From a virus: DNA of 64,000 nucleotides. Positions 1-8,583 of this stretch are shown here, one piece after another. A program made the position numbers and the translations under genes. The stretch covers positions 1 through 64,000 of the IMG/VR virus record IMGVR_UViG_3300023174_005299; one strand, written 5' to 3'. Each line of letters starts with the position of its first letter. Position 1 is the first letter of the stretch. Under the pieces are notes generated by a model, which saw only the letters and a program-made list of their open reading frames with translations, had not been told where the DNA came from and did not search any database.

Positions 1-60
1 TTGGTTCAGGCTGTGCTTTTTGCGGTTTTTCTTTTTTTCTTTTAAAGAATTTTTCAAACA

Positions 61-438
61 TTATTTTATCCCCTTGCTAACAAATGGCGCCAATTTTGGC
101 GGGTTCCATCCCATGGGCTTTAACACTTTGCCATCTTCACGTTTACGAACTTTGCCGGTTAGTTTATCAATTTTGGCAAAGTTGGTACTCATGACCTCTT
201 TCCATGCGCTTTCGCCATCTGCACCCATGCTGTGTATAGCACCAACAGTGACAACTAGGATATCAATTAAGGCATCAAGACATTCAACTTTGTCTGAGGC
301 AGAATTAGCAACCCACAATTCATCAACTTCTTCCTGTATCAATTTGGTGTACAAATCAAATTGATCTTGGTTGAATTGGTCAACTGTTTGGTCACAGGCC
401 CGCATAAATTTTTCTTGATCACGAAACACATTGGACAT
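61..438 (-). CDS. MazG-like / all-alpha NTP pyrophosphohydrolase
   Basis: Acidic ExxE...DxxxD helical motifs (IQEEVDEL, CLDALIDIL) and the C-terminal REDGKVLKP typical of phage NTP-PPases. Confidence 0.8.
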   Translation of the reverse strand: MSNVFRDQEKFMRACDQTVDQFNQDQFDLYTKLIQEEVDELWVANSASDKVECLDALIDILVVTVGAIHSMGADGESAWKEVMSTNFAKIDKLTGKVRKREDGKVLKPMGWNPPKLAPFVSKGIK

Positions 439-448
439 TGTAATTCCT

Positions 449-661
449 TTAGACGTCTAGGTCCATTTCGCCGGCTTCTTTGACTAGAGCCAGCACTTCT
501 TCTAATGTATTACAAAGAATCTTGGCGTTGACGTATTCGCCTTTTTTGTTGCGACCACCTGCTTCTACCATAAAACCGTTATCGTAACGATTGATGGTAA
601 AATTTTCATTGATCTTTGTCAGCTTGTCGCTGAACTTGGTTACTGATTTTGCTGTCGCCAT
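449..661 (-). CDS. hypothetical protein (70 aa)
   Basis: ATG at 661 preceded by AAGGAAAT; fits between metK and the MazG-like gene. Confidence 0.6.
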   Translation of the reverse strand: MATAKSVTKFSDKLTKINENFTINRYDNGFMVEAGGRNKKGEYVNAKILCNTLEEVLALVKEAGEMDLDV

Positions 662-678
662 TTTAATTTCCTTTAAAT

Positions 679-1779
679 TTAAAATAAATCTACTTGTTCC
701 CACGGCAAGTTTTCCTTGCCAAAGTGACCATAGTTGGTTGTTGAGCTGTAGATAGGGCGGAACAAGTTAAATCTTTCGATGATACCTCGAGGAGTTAGAT
801 CAACATTGTCTTGAATCCATTTAGTCAATCTACGTCCTTGTGCGGCATCGGCAGTTTCAACATAGAAACTCATTGGTTGTGCCATACCGATTGCATAACT
901 AATCTGTACGTTTGCCCAAGGTGCTTGGCCACTGGCTACAATATTCTTGGCAAGGTAACGCATCATATAGGCGGCACTACGATCCACTTTAGTAGGATCT
1001 TTGCCACTGAAGGCTCCGCCACCATGAGCACTATAGCCACCGTAAGTATCAACAATAATCTTACGGCCAGTAAGCCCAGTATCGCCATCAGGACCACCAA
1101 TAACAAATCTACCAGTGGGGTTAATAAAGAATTCAGTTTCATTGTCTACGTATTTCTCTGGTAATACTCCACGAATAATATTTTCTACTACCATTCGAAC
1201 TTGTTCAATGCTGGCGCTTTCTGCGTGTTGAGTTGAACACACCACTTTGGCAATACGTCGTGGTGTGCCATCATCATTGTATTCAAATGTGACTTGACTC
1301 TTGGCATCAGGTTCTAACCAGACTACTGTACCTGCTTTGCGAATTTTAGCAAGTTCTTCTACAATACGATGGCTCCAATAAATTGCACTTGGCATATATG
1401 AAGGAGTTTCATTGCAAGCATAACCAAACATCAAACCTTGGTCGCCAGCACCAAATGTGTCAGTACCTAGTGCAATATCGGCACTTTGTCCGTGTAGTAG
1501 GTTAGTAATCTCTACAGTACGCCAATCAAAGCCGGATTGTTCATACCCAACATCTCTAATAACTCTGCGAACAGCACTGTTGATTGCCTCATCGGGAACC
1601 AGTCCCTTAAACTCACCAGCAATAACTACACGATTAGTAGTAACCAATGTTTCACACGCACACCTCAATGCTGGATTCTTTTGCGCCATAAACAAATCTA
1701 AAACAGCATCACTGATGGCATCAGCAACTTTATCAGGATGTCCTTCACTGACACTTTCACTAGTAAACAAATAACTCAT
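679..1779 (-). CDS. metK: S-adenosylmethionine synthetase
   Basis: FTSESVSEGHPDK, GAGDQG, GGGAFSGKDPTKVDRS signatures; start at 1779 with AAGGA RBS. Confidence 0.98.
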   Translation of the reverse strand: MSYLFTSESVSEGHPDKVADAISDAVLDLFMAQKNPALRCACETLVTTNRVVIAGEFKGLVPDEAINSAVRRVIRDVGYEQSGFDWRTVEITNLLHGQSADIALGTDTFGAGDQGLMFGYACNETPSYMPSAIYWSHRIVEELAKIRKAGTVVWLEPDAKSQVTFEYNDDGTPRRIAKVVCSTQHAESASIEQVRMVVENIIRGVLPEKYVDNETEFFINPTGRFVIGGPDGDTGLTGRKIIVDTYGGYSAHGGGAFSGKDPTKVDRSAAYMMRYLAKNIVASGQAPWANVQISYAIGMAQPMSFYVETADAAQGRRLTKWIQDNVDLTPRGIIERFNLFRPIYSSTTNYGHFGKENLPWEQVDLF

Positions 1780-1789
1780 TAATTTCCTT

Positions 1790-2083
1790 TTACCAACACT
1801 CAACGTCGGTGATGTCCATCTTAATTGATTGCTTGGGATCAAACTCAATGGTGACTGTGGGACCAATACCATTGGTGCTTACTTCACTCCACACTATTTG
1901 ATCCACGCTGTCATACATTTCAAAAACTTCTTGCAGTCGTTCAAACTGCTTACGTGTGATTATTATGGAAGTTGGTCGATTGCGCATCTTGATAAATTCC
2001 TCGTATTTTTCTTGTGTGCCCACACTGTAGCCACCGTCGCCTGAGTGGAGATCGGCACCTACTTGAATATTTTGGTTCATCAA
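1790..2083 (-). CDS. hypothetical protein
   Basis: 97-aa ORF with ATGA-type overlap to queE. Confidence 0.55.
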   Translation of the reverse strand: MMNQNIQVGADLHSGDGGYSVGTQEKYEEFIKMRNRPTSIIITRKQFERLQEVFEMYDSVDQIVWSEVSTNGIGPTVTIEFDPKQSIKMDITDVECW

Positions 2084-2964
2084 GTGCCCCAGGCATTGCG
2101 CCAGATGTCAACTTGTAATCTTGGACTGTAGCGATAACCACGACGCATGGCCAGTGTGGCCACCTGTTGTGTATTGAGATTGTACACACCTGGCACTCCG
2201 CCAATGGGCATTAAATACACAGGTCCGCCAAACCCGGCACTGCGAAACTCTTCCACAGCACGATCCACATCACGCAAGTCCTGCTCATTACCCACAACAA
2301 ACTTCAAGTAAGTCATGCCCACGCTTTCATACTCTTTGATGATATTGGGATTGATGGCCTTGTCCCACGACTCGCCGGAACACGGAAGCTTGGGACTGAC
2401 ACTGAATGTCAACCGGTCATAATCTCTACCATGACGAGTAAATTCCTCAAACAAGTACTCACGAACATTGTCATACAAGGGTTGAGTACCATTGGTTTCA
2501 AATGTTAGATTTCGCAGTCCACGATCTCGACACTGTTGAATCATTTCTGGGTACAGTTGTTGATACGCCAAAAACGGTTCACCACCTGTGATCACCAAGT
2601 GTACATCATCAAGTCCATTGACCCCACTCCATTGTTGTCCCGGGATCATGTCATGCATCTTGTTCACAATTTCTTCAACTGTGCCCTGCTCATTGAACTT
2701 TTTAAATTCTGGATAGATACTTGCATAAGTGTCACAGCCCGAAGTCACCAATGGCAATTCTTCAAACTTATTGTACTTGTCAATGTTACGAATGATCTCA
2801 ACGACTTCAGGATTGGGACCGTTGATGACTTCGTCGCGGTCTCGTCCAAATTTCTTGCAACGAAAGTTACAGCCAAAGGTACGAAAGAAAACGCTGGGTA
2901 CTCCGGCCCAACGTCCTTCACCTTGCAAACTATAAAAGATTTCTGTATAGGTAATTTTTTCCAT
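2080..2964 (-). CDS. queE: 7-carboxy-7-deazaguanine synthase (radical SAM)
   Basis: EIFYSLQGEG, RTFGCNFRC...CDT (long insertion in the Cys motif), ITGGEP, ETNGT, VSPK, SPRLQVDIW; folE and queD nearby. Confidence 0.92.
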   Translation of the reverse strand: MEKITYTEIFYSLQGEGRWAGVPSVFFRTFGCNFRCKKFGRDRDEVINGPNPEVVEIIRNIDKYNKFEELPLVTSGCDTYASIYPEFKKFNEQGTVEEIVNKMHDMIPGQQWSGVNGLDDVHLVITGGEPFLAYQQLYPEMIQQCRDRGLRNLTFETNGTQPLYDNVREYLFEEFTRHGRDYDRLTFSVSPKLPCSGESWDKAINPNIIKEYESVGMTYLKFVVGNEQDLRDVDRAVEEFRSAGFGGPVYLMPIGGVPGVYNLNTQQVATLAMRRGYRYSPRLQVDIWRNAWGT

Positions 2965-2999
2965 GTTGTATTATACTATAAAAATAAGATTTATGCTAG

Positions 3000-3776
3000 T
3001 TAAATTTTTCTTGCTTTTACCAAAAGGTGCCATCCTAGATACTCTCTAACAGCTTCCCTCATGACTTCTGGCATGGCAGCAAACCAGGGTTCTAATTCAA
3101 AATGTCCTTGTTTGTATTCAGGCACATTGTACATAAAACAATGATCCTGTCTCACTCGTTCAACGTTGAACAACCCATCTAAGAGTCCAACTATGTCTTC
3201 TTTGGTGTAGGCGTCGGCATATGGACATTCGGCTTGTGCTTCAAATTGGTCTAGACCTTTTTGTATCATGGCATACTTCCAACTGTTCCTTGCATATACC
3301 ATGAATCTAAATTCGCCGTCAACGTCCAAGACTTCATGCAAATTCTTAATATGCTCTCGCATGCCCGGGAAATGATGCAACACACCATAACTGTATACAA
3401 GATCAAATTTTCCTATGTGTGATAACAGATCTTTGTCAGTGACACTGCCTTCGTGAAATTCTCCAGCAAGATCCAACAACTCGAATCGATCTCGACAGAT
3501 TTGAATGCTCTGGGAACTTATGTCTATACCAGTGTAATGTGCGCCATGGCGAGCAAATTGCTCAGCATCAGTGCCAATGCCACATCCAATCTCCAACACA
3601 CGTTTGCCCCTCCACAAATGGAACTTGGCAAAATCCAGCACATGGGGTTCAGCACGATATCTTTTTTCTGTGACTTGTTGAAAATACAATTCAGTACCCA
3701 CAGGCTCGTTGCTGTGGTTGATGTTGCAAGGTTGTCGATTCCAGTAGTCAACTATGTTTTGATCTAATGTTGTCAT
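3000..3776 (-). CDS. class I SAM-dependent methyltransferase
   Basis: VLEIGCGIG motif I, GIDIS, FDLVYSYGVLHH. Confidence 0.9.
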   Translation of the reverse strand: MTTLDQNIVDYWNRQPCNINHSNEPVGTELYFQQVTEKRYRAEPHVLDFAKFHLWRGKRVLEIGCGIGTDAEQFARHGAHYTGIDISSQSIQICRDRFELLDLAGEFHEGSVTDKDLLSHIGKFDLVYSYGVLHHFPGMREHIKNLHEVLDVDGEFRFMVYARNSWKYAMIQKGLDQFEAQAECPYADAYTKEDIVGLLDGLFNVERVRQDHCFMYNVPEYKQGHFELEPWFAAMPEVMREAVREYLGWHLLVKARKI

Positions 3777-4591
3777 AAAAAGTTTTCTTTGTTTATCCGT
3801 TTAATCTGTTGATTGGGGTCATATTCGGGGCTGACCATTTTTTCCCAGGGATCTTGTGTGCCATTTAAAATATTTGTAAACCAAGAAATGTCTTCGCCTT
3901 GGCTTTTAAGATATTCTGCTATTTTTCGGCAATCACCAAGCCGATGAGTGCGCCAAGATATGAAATTAAAATCCTTGGGATGACCTGGATTACCTTCTAG
4001 CATGGGCCGATTGTTAAAAGTCTCATCGTTGTTGTTGCCAGTCAAATCAAATCTATCATGTGTTACATCAACATCAAGGTTGACAACAATGTCAACCATG
4101 TAACTAATTTGACTAATCCAAGCGTCGGATAACTGGTGAGCACTCAAATATCCAAACAGTTCAAACCATTTGCGTGGGACAATTGGAAAAACAGCATAGG
4201 GGTGGCAATTGTGTGTGGGTATACGCAATGTTCGGAATTTGCCAGTGTGTTCGGTGATTTTTAAATCCCAATCTTTGGTGTGAATAATTGCATCATCATT
4301 CCAAAACATAATCCAATCTCCAGTGGCATGTTTGGCCAATGAATTTACATATTCATTTAGTCTTTCATACCCAACTGGTTCATAGATCAGTGCTGTGAAT
4401 GGCATGCTGTGTTGCTCAATCACAGGTTGAATATTGGTTGAAAAGTACTCAATGCTGTCAGTGTCATCGTTGTCAAACGCCAGCAGTAATTGCACTTTTG
4501 TTATGTCATTGGCTGTGTCAATTAAACTTTTGACACTGGCTTCTAACGAAGCAGTCCTGCCACGAGTGGGTAATAGTACAGAAATATTCAT
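3773..4591 (-). CDS. glycosyltransferase, GT-A/GT2 family
   Basis: ISVLLPTRGR N-terminus, DNDD, GDWIMFWNDD DxD-like motif. Confidence 0.85.
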   Translation of the reverse strand: MNISVLLPTRGRTASLEASVKSLIDTANDITKVQLLLAFDNDDTDSIEYFSTNIQPVIEQHSMPFTALIYEPVGYERLNEYVNSLAKHATGDWIMFWNDDAIIHTKDWDLKITEHTGKFRTLRIPTHNCHPYAVFPIVPRKWFELFGYLSAHQLSDAWISQISYMVDIVVNLDVDVTHDRFDLTGNNNDETFNNRPMLEGNPGHPKDFNFISWRTHRLGDCRKIAEYLKSQGEDISWFTNILNGTQDPWEKMVSPEYDPNQQIKRINKENFL

Positions 4592-4602
4592 TTTAATATA
4601 TG

Positions 4603-5088
4603 TTAGATATCAAACTCGCCATCTTCTCTATGACCACTACGGCCTGCCATGTTACTATCAGTCTCACGCACCTCTACTCTACAGCACCATACACGTTTGG
4701 CTTCTTCACTACCGCAGTTGGGTAAAAAGATTGTGTTGATATATTCATATAAGAAATCAGCAAGACCTTCACATCCTGTACGCTCAACTTCTGTGATCTT
4801 TGCCAGCTTTAAACGGCCTAGTTCCAGTAGGTGTTCACGCATGGGATCATCTTGTGCAACTAATAGAGTATGGTCAAACCATTCTTCTAATTTATCTTTG
4901 AGTGGGCGTAAGCCACCGAAGTCAGTTACCCAGTTACGGGCATCTAATGTATCAGCTTCAAACTCAAAGTGAAAACTCATGGCATAGCCATGAATCAAAT
5001 TACAATGACTGTCGGCACGCCATTGACGGTATGCCACAGGACCTGTTTGTCTGTATGTCTTTGTTGAAAAGAACTTTTTATTTGCCAT
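4603..5088 (-). CDS. queD: 6-carboxy-5,6,7,8-tetrahydropterin synthase
   Basis: CNLIHGY, DFGGL, FDHTLL, E-x-LA, VEVRET motifs of the PTPS/QueD T-fold. Confidence 0.9.
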   Translation of the reverse strand: MANKKFFSTKTYRQTGPVAYRQWRADSHCNLIHGYAMSFHFEFEADTLDARNWVTDFGGLRPLKDKLEEWFDHTLLVAQDDPMREHLLELGRLKLAKITEVERTGCEGLADFLYEYINTIFLPNCGSEEAKRVWCCRVEVRETDSNMAGRSGHREDGEFDI

Positions 5089-5160
5089 GTTTTCTCCTAT
5101 GTTAGATTATAGCATAGGCAGCAGAATTTGTAAAGCGGGAGTGATGCCAAAAGACCGCTA
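5089..5160 (-). promoter_or_regulatory. candidate cis-regulatory RNA (pseudoknot plus SD-sequestering hairpin) in the queD leader
   Basis: Minus strand: AGCGG/CCGCT stem, loop GGCA can pair with downstream TGCC, and a CCTATG...CATAGG hairpin covers the AGGAG RBS. Confidence 0.5.
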
Positions 5161-5164
5161 ATAA

Positions 5165-5821
5165 TTACAAGGTTTTCCAAGTCTCAATTGATATAAACTC
5201 TTTGACCCATGTTTGCTTGTTGTACTCGATATCACTGTACTGACAAGAGCAATGCCATTGAAAATTTTCCCAAGCAATTAAATCTCCCGGGGATTCCCAT
5301 TTTATAGTTTCTCGAACACTAAAGTTTGCTGATTCTTCTTTAAAAGATTCTGAATAGTTAGGCAAAATATCCAGCATATCTGAGTAAAGTGGTTCGTCTA
5401 GATTAGGCGGACTGTTAAAAAAAGCAGTACCCGGGGCGTAGCCTTTCTTCCACCATAGTGGTATCAAGAAAATAAAACCACCGCGATGGCCATTATTGCG
5501 ATGTTCAGTTAACCAACTTGTGTTCCTGACATCTGAGTGAGGTCCAATTGGCGCTGAAAGATATCTTATACTAGAATCATAAATGGTAAAGTCTCCAAAG
5601 TCTTCTTTTAATTTAGAAACTATTTGATGAATTGGACTGTCTAATTTTTCGTAGTGTAAAATTCGATCCCAACATCCTTGATATCCAATTTTTGATTTTT
5701 CCCAGGTATATGGTCCACTGGATGCCAACAAAGAATCATTTATTTTATTATAGTATGATCTAAATTGATCAACAAAATCTACTGTAAGGTAGTTCTTTTT
5801 GTATATAATTTTTTTCTGCAT
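5165..5821 (-). CDS. hypothetical protein, possible 2OG-Fe(II) oxygenase fold
   Basis: HSD...H pattern (GPHSD, GDLIAW, WHCS); AT-rich. Confidence 0.45.
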   Translation of the reverse strand: MQKKIIYKKNYLTVDFVDQFRSYYNKINDSLLASSGPYTWEKSKIGYQGCWDRILHYEKLDSPIHQIVSKLKEDFGDFTIYDSSIRYLSAPIGPHSDVRNTSWLTEHRNNGHRGGFIFLIPLWWKKGYAPGTAFFNSPPNLDEPLYSDMLDILPNYSESFKEESANFSVRETIKWESPGDLIAWENFQWHCSCQYSDIEYNKQTWVKEFISIETWKTL

Positions 5822-5829
5822 ATTGTTAA

Positions 5830-6222
5830 TTATGCTGGGATTCGATAACTAGTTTTCTTGTAGTTGGCCTGCCCAACTATCACGCCCCGAACCCCACCGA
5901 CTGGGTCTGCACAATCACCGATGCGTCTTGGGATAAGATGCACATGTGGATACATCACTGTTTGACCAGCGGCTTCACCCGAGTTGATGCCCACATTAAA
6001 GGCATCACATTCACCAGCATCCACCATTCGTTGACCTTCAAACAACGCTGACGCCAGGGCTTCTCGAATCACGCTAGGCGTGTTGTATTTGGGTACAAAC
6101 AAAAGATGGCCCTTGGTCACTGGATAACGATCGCTGTATACAACAATGTGGAAATCTTCCCAAACTTTTTGATCCCACGGAGCCACACCTTGCTGTTGTG
6201 CAGTTTCTAGATCCACTATCAT
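5830..6222 (-). CDS. HIT family hydrolase
   Basis: YPVTKGHLLFVP, NVGINSGEAAGQTVMYPHVHLIPR; start could alternatively be 6249. Confidence 0.92.
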   Translation of the reverse strand: MIVDLETAQQQGVAPWDQKVWEDFHIVVYSDRYPVTKGHLLFVPKYNTPSVIREALASALFEGQRMVDAGECDAFNVGINSGEAAGQTVMYPHVHLIPRRIGDCADPVGGVRGVIVGQANYKKTSYRIPA

Positions 6223-6223
6223 G

Positions 6224-6907
6224 TCAGTTTCTCTTGCAGTTGTTGACAATGTTCATGAACTCCACACGCACTGATGGATCATTCTTAAAAACACCACCAA
6301 GCTTGCTGGTAACTGTTGAACTACCTACATCTTCGACTCCGCGGCTCTTGACACAATAGTGTTGTGCATCTACCACAACTGCAATATCGTCGGTTTCTAG
6401 AATATACTGTAGAGCATAGTACACTTGTTCGGTCAGGCGTTCTTGAATCTGAGGTCTCTTGCTAAAGTACTCAACCACTCGATTGATCTTTGACAAGCCT
6501 AGTACTTTTTGTTTGGGAATGTAGCCCACTGTGGCCACTCCATCAATGACAACAAAGTGGTGCTCGCAGTTGCTTTGCACGTTGACGTTGCGCTCAACCA
6601 CCATCTCATCGTACTTCATCTTGTTGTCAACTGTGGTACATTTGGGAAATGCTTCGTAGTCTAGTCCCCAAAAGATTTCATTCACATACATCTTGGCCAC
6701 ACGCTTGGGCGTGTCCATCAAGCTGTCATCGCTCAAGTCCAGGCCCAACACTTCCATGATGTGTTTAAAATCACGCTCAATCAAGTCAATCTTGTCTTTG
6801 CGATCAACAGCATGTTGAAATGTGGGAGTTTCTACTCCACACTTGACCAAGTGTTGGTGTACACGTTGACCCAGATCGGGGTCACATTTAGTTTTATTAT
6901 AACTCAT
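6224..6907 (-). CDS. folE: GTP cyclohydrolase I
   Basis: TPKRVAKMY, CEHH, GLSKINR, QIQERLT, HYCVKSRG; RBS AAGGAAGG before ATG 6907. Confidence 0.97.
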   Translation of the reverse strand: MSYNKTKCDPDLGQRVHQHLVKCGVETPTFQHAVDRKDKIDLIERDFKHIMEVLGLDLSDDSLMDTPKRVAKMYVNEIFWGLDYEAFPKCTTVDNKMKYDEMVVERNVNVQSNCEHHFVVIDGVATVGYIPKQKVLGLSKINRVVEYFSKRPQIQERLTEQVYYALQYILETDDIAVVVDAQHYCVKSRGVEDVGSSTVTSKLGGVFKNDPSVRVEFMNIVNNCKRN

Positions 6908-6943
6908 TTTGTTTTCCTTCCTTACGCGGATTAATTTGAAAAG

Positions 6944-6965
6944 TTTGCTACCTTTGTGTAGCAAA
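6944..6965 (-). promoter_or_regulatory. 8-bp perfect hairpin in the folE leader
   Basis: TTTGCTAC-N6-GTAGCAAA lying just downstream of a CTAAATA motif. Confidence 0.4.
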
Positions 6966-6999
6966 AGATATTTAGTAAATTATAGCAGTATCTAAGAGA

Positions 7000-7965
7000 T
7001 TATGCAAGTTTTTTATTATACCAGGCCCAGGCATGAGTGATCATGTCAGCTAATGTGTATTCTGGTTGCCAATTGCCCACTTTGGCAAACAGCGAGCTGT
7101 CAGCACACAACTTTTCTGGGTCTCCAGTCCGACGGTCACCGTACACTACGTTGACATTTTTTCCAGTAATCTTTGATACAGTATCAATTACTTCTTGGTT
7201 ACTGTGCATTTTATTCACACCAAGATTGTAAATGCCACATGGTACAGATGGATCAATGGCAGCCACATGTGCCCGAGCAATATCTGCCACATGCACATAG
7301 TCTCTTAAACAAGTTCCATCAGCAGTGTTATAATCTTTACCATAGCAAGTGAACTCGGTGTTGTCTCTAACGCTTTCAAGCAATTTTGCAATAATGTGTG
7401 AGGCACCAGTTCCTTGTCCATGTCTTGCTTCGGGGTCTGCGCCGGCAGCATTGAAGTACCTAAACGTCACAAAGTCCAAGCCATAAGCTTGTGCATAGCT
7501 TTGTAAAAACCATTCAGTCATTAATTTACTTTGCCCATATGGACTTATCGGTGCAGTAGGGTCGACTTCAAAACAAGGAGTCATTACAGGATCACCATAT
7601 ACTGCGGCACTACTGCTGTAGATAACTCTGGGACGATTTTCAAGGAACAACAATGCATCCAGCATTGCCAAAGTTTTGGCTGTGTTGTTGTGGAAATATT
7701 CTCTGGGATTATCATGACTTGGTCCCACCAAGCTTGTGCCAGCACAATGTACCACTGCTAGCACTTCCTCCGAAGCCAACATCTCCAACGATCTATTGCT
7801 GGCAAAATCAGTTTGTACAAACTGTCCAACATATGTTTGTAGATGCTCAGGCAATGGTAGTAAGTCAATGCCCACTACTCTGTACCCTTGTGAGTGCAAC
7901 TGTATTGCAGTCTGTCCACCAATGTAACCGCTTACTCCGGTCACTATAATAATATTACGATTCAA
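7000..7965 (-). CDS. galE: UDP-glucose 4-epimerase (extended SDR)
   Basis: TGVSGYIG, SSSAAVYG, YGQSK, FRYFNAAGA, DGTCLRDYVHV. Confidence 0.92.
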   Translation of the reverse strand: MNRNIIIVTGVSGYIGGQTAIQLHSQGYRVVGIDLLPLPEHLQTYVGQFVQTDFASNRSLEMLASEEVLAVVHCAGTSLVGPSHDNPREYFHNNTAKTLAMLDALLFLENRPRVIYSSSAAVYGDPVMTPCFEVDPTAPISPYGQSKLMTEWFLQSYAQAYGLDFVTFRYFNAAGADPEARHGQGTGASHIIAKLLESVRDNTEFTCYGKDYNTADGTCLRDYVHVADIARAHVAAIDPSVPCGIYNLGVNKMHSNQEVIDTVSKITGKNVNVVYGDRRTGDPEKLCADSSLFAKVGNWQPEYTLADMITHAWAWYNKKLA

Positions 7966-8025
7966 TTTTTACCACCTAACATTTTTAACAAGATTTCACT
8001 ACCAATAAATTTGGTACAACTTTAA

Positions 8026-8583
8026 TCATTTGAAATTTTTACTATACCATACTTTGTGTAATTTATTTACGGCATCAACGTTAAGATTAATTTTTAAAAA
8101 ATAATTAATTCTATTAATAACAGAAGTTATGTCTTCAACAAACCATTCTGAAATAGAAATATTCATAATATTGTCTAGTGATTCATTAAAATAGTGCTGG
8201 TACATAAAAGGTTCATATAAAAATACTTGCTCGCCTTCAAAATAATCGCCGTTTTTAAAATAAACATATCCTAATTGTTTTCTTCTTTTGGATAGTAATT
8301 GGTGATCTTGTGAATTGTCGTTACAGATTATGATAAATTTTTTATTTTTTATATCTCGTATTTGATTTTGATAAGACATAATTTCACCAAAGTGTCCATG
8401 CAATACGTGTGTATTTTCTGGATCAGCCAATGCTGTTTCGATTTGGCTTGCTTGTAAATTTCTTCCTGGAGTTTGATGCACAGTTGGGTTGGTATACTGC
8501 AATTTAGAAATATCACTAACAAGTATATTTTTTAAATGATTACCTCCGGCAGCCGGAGGAAATGGTATTATAATAGTAGTCAC
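8026..8583 (-). CDS. hypothetical protein, possible P-loop/sulfotransferase-like
   Basis: N-terminal FPPAAGGNHL loop; very AT-rich. Confidence 0.4.
   Translation of the reverse strand: MTTIIIPFPPAAGGNHLKNILVSDISKLQYTNPTVHQTPGRNLQASQIETALADPENTHVLHGHFGEIMSYQNQIRDIKNKKFIIICNDNSQDHQLLSKRRKQLGYVYFKNGDYFEGEQVFLYEPFMYQHYFNESLDNIMNISISEWFVEDITSVINRINYFLKINLNVDAVNKLHKVWYSKNFK

Noticed and set aside
5089-5160. Canonical preQ1-I riboswitch
   Set aside because: Lacks the typical loop consensus and the A-rich 3' tail; kept as a novel candidate
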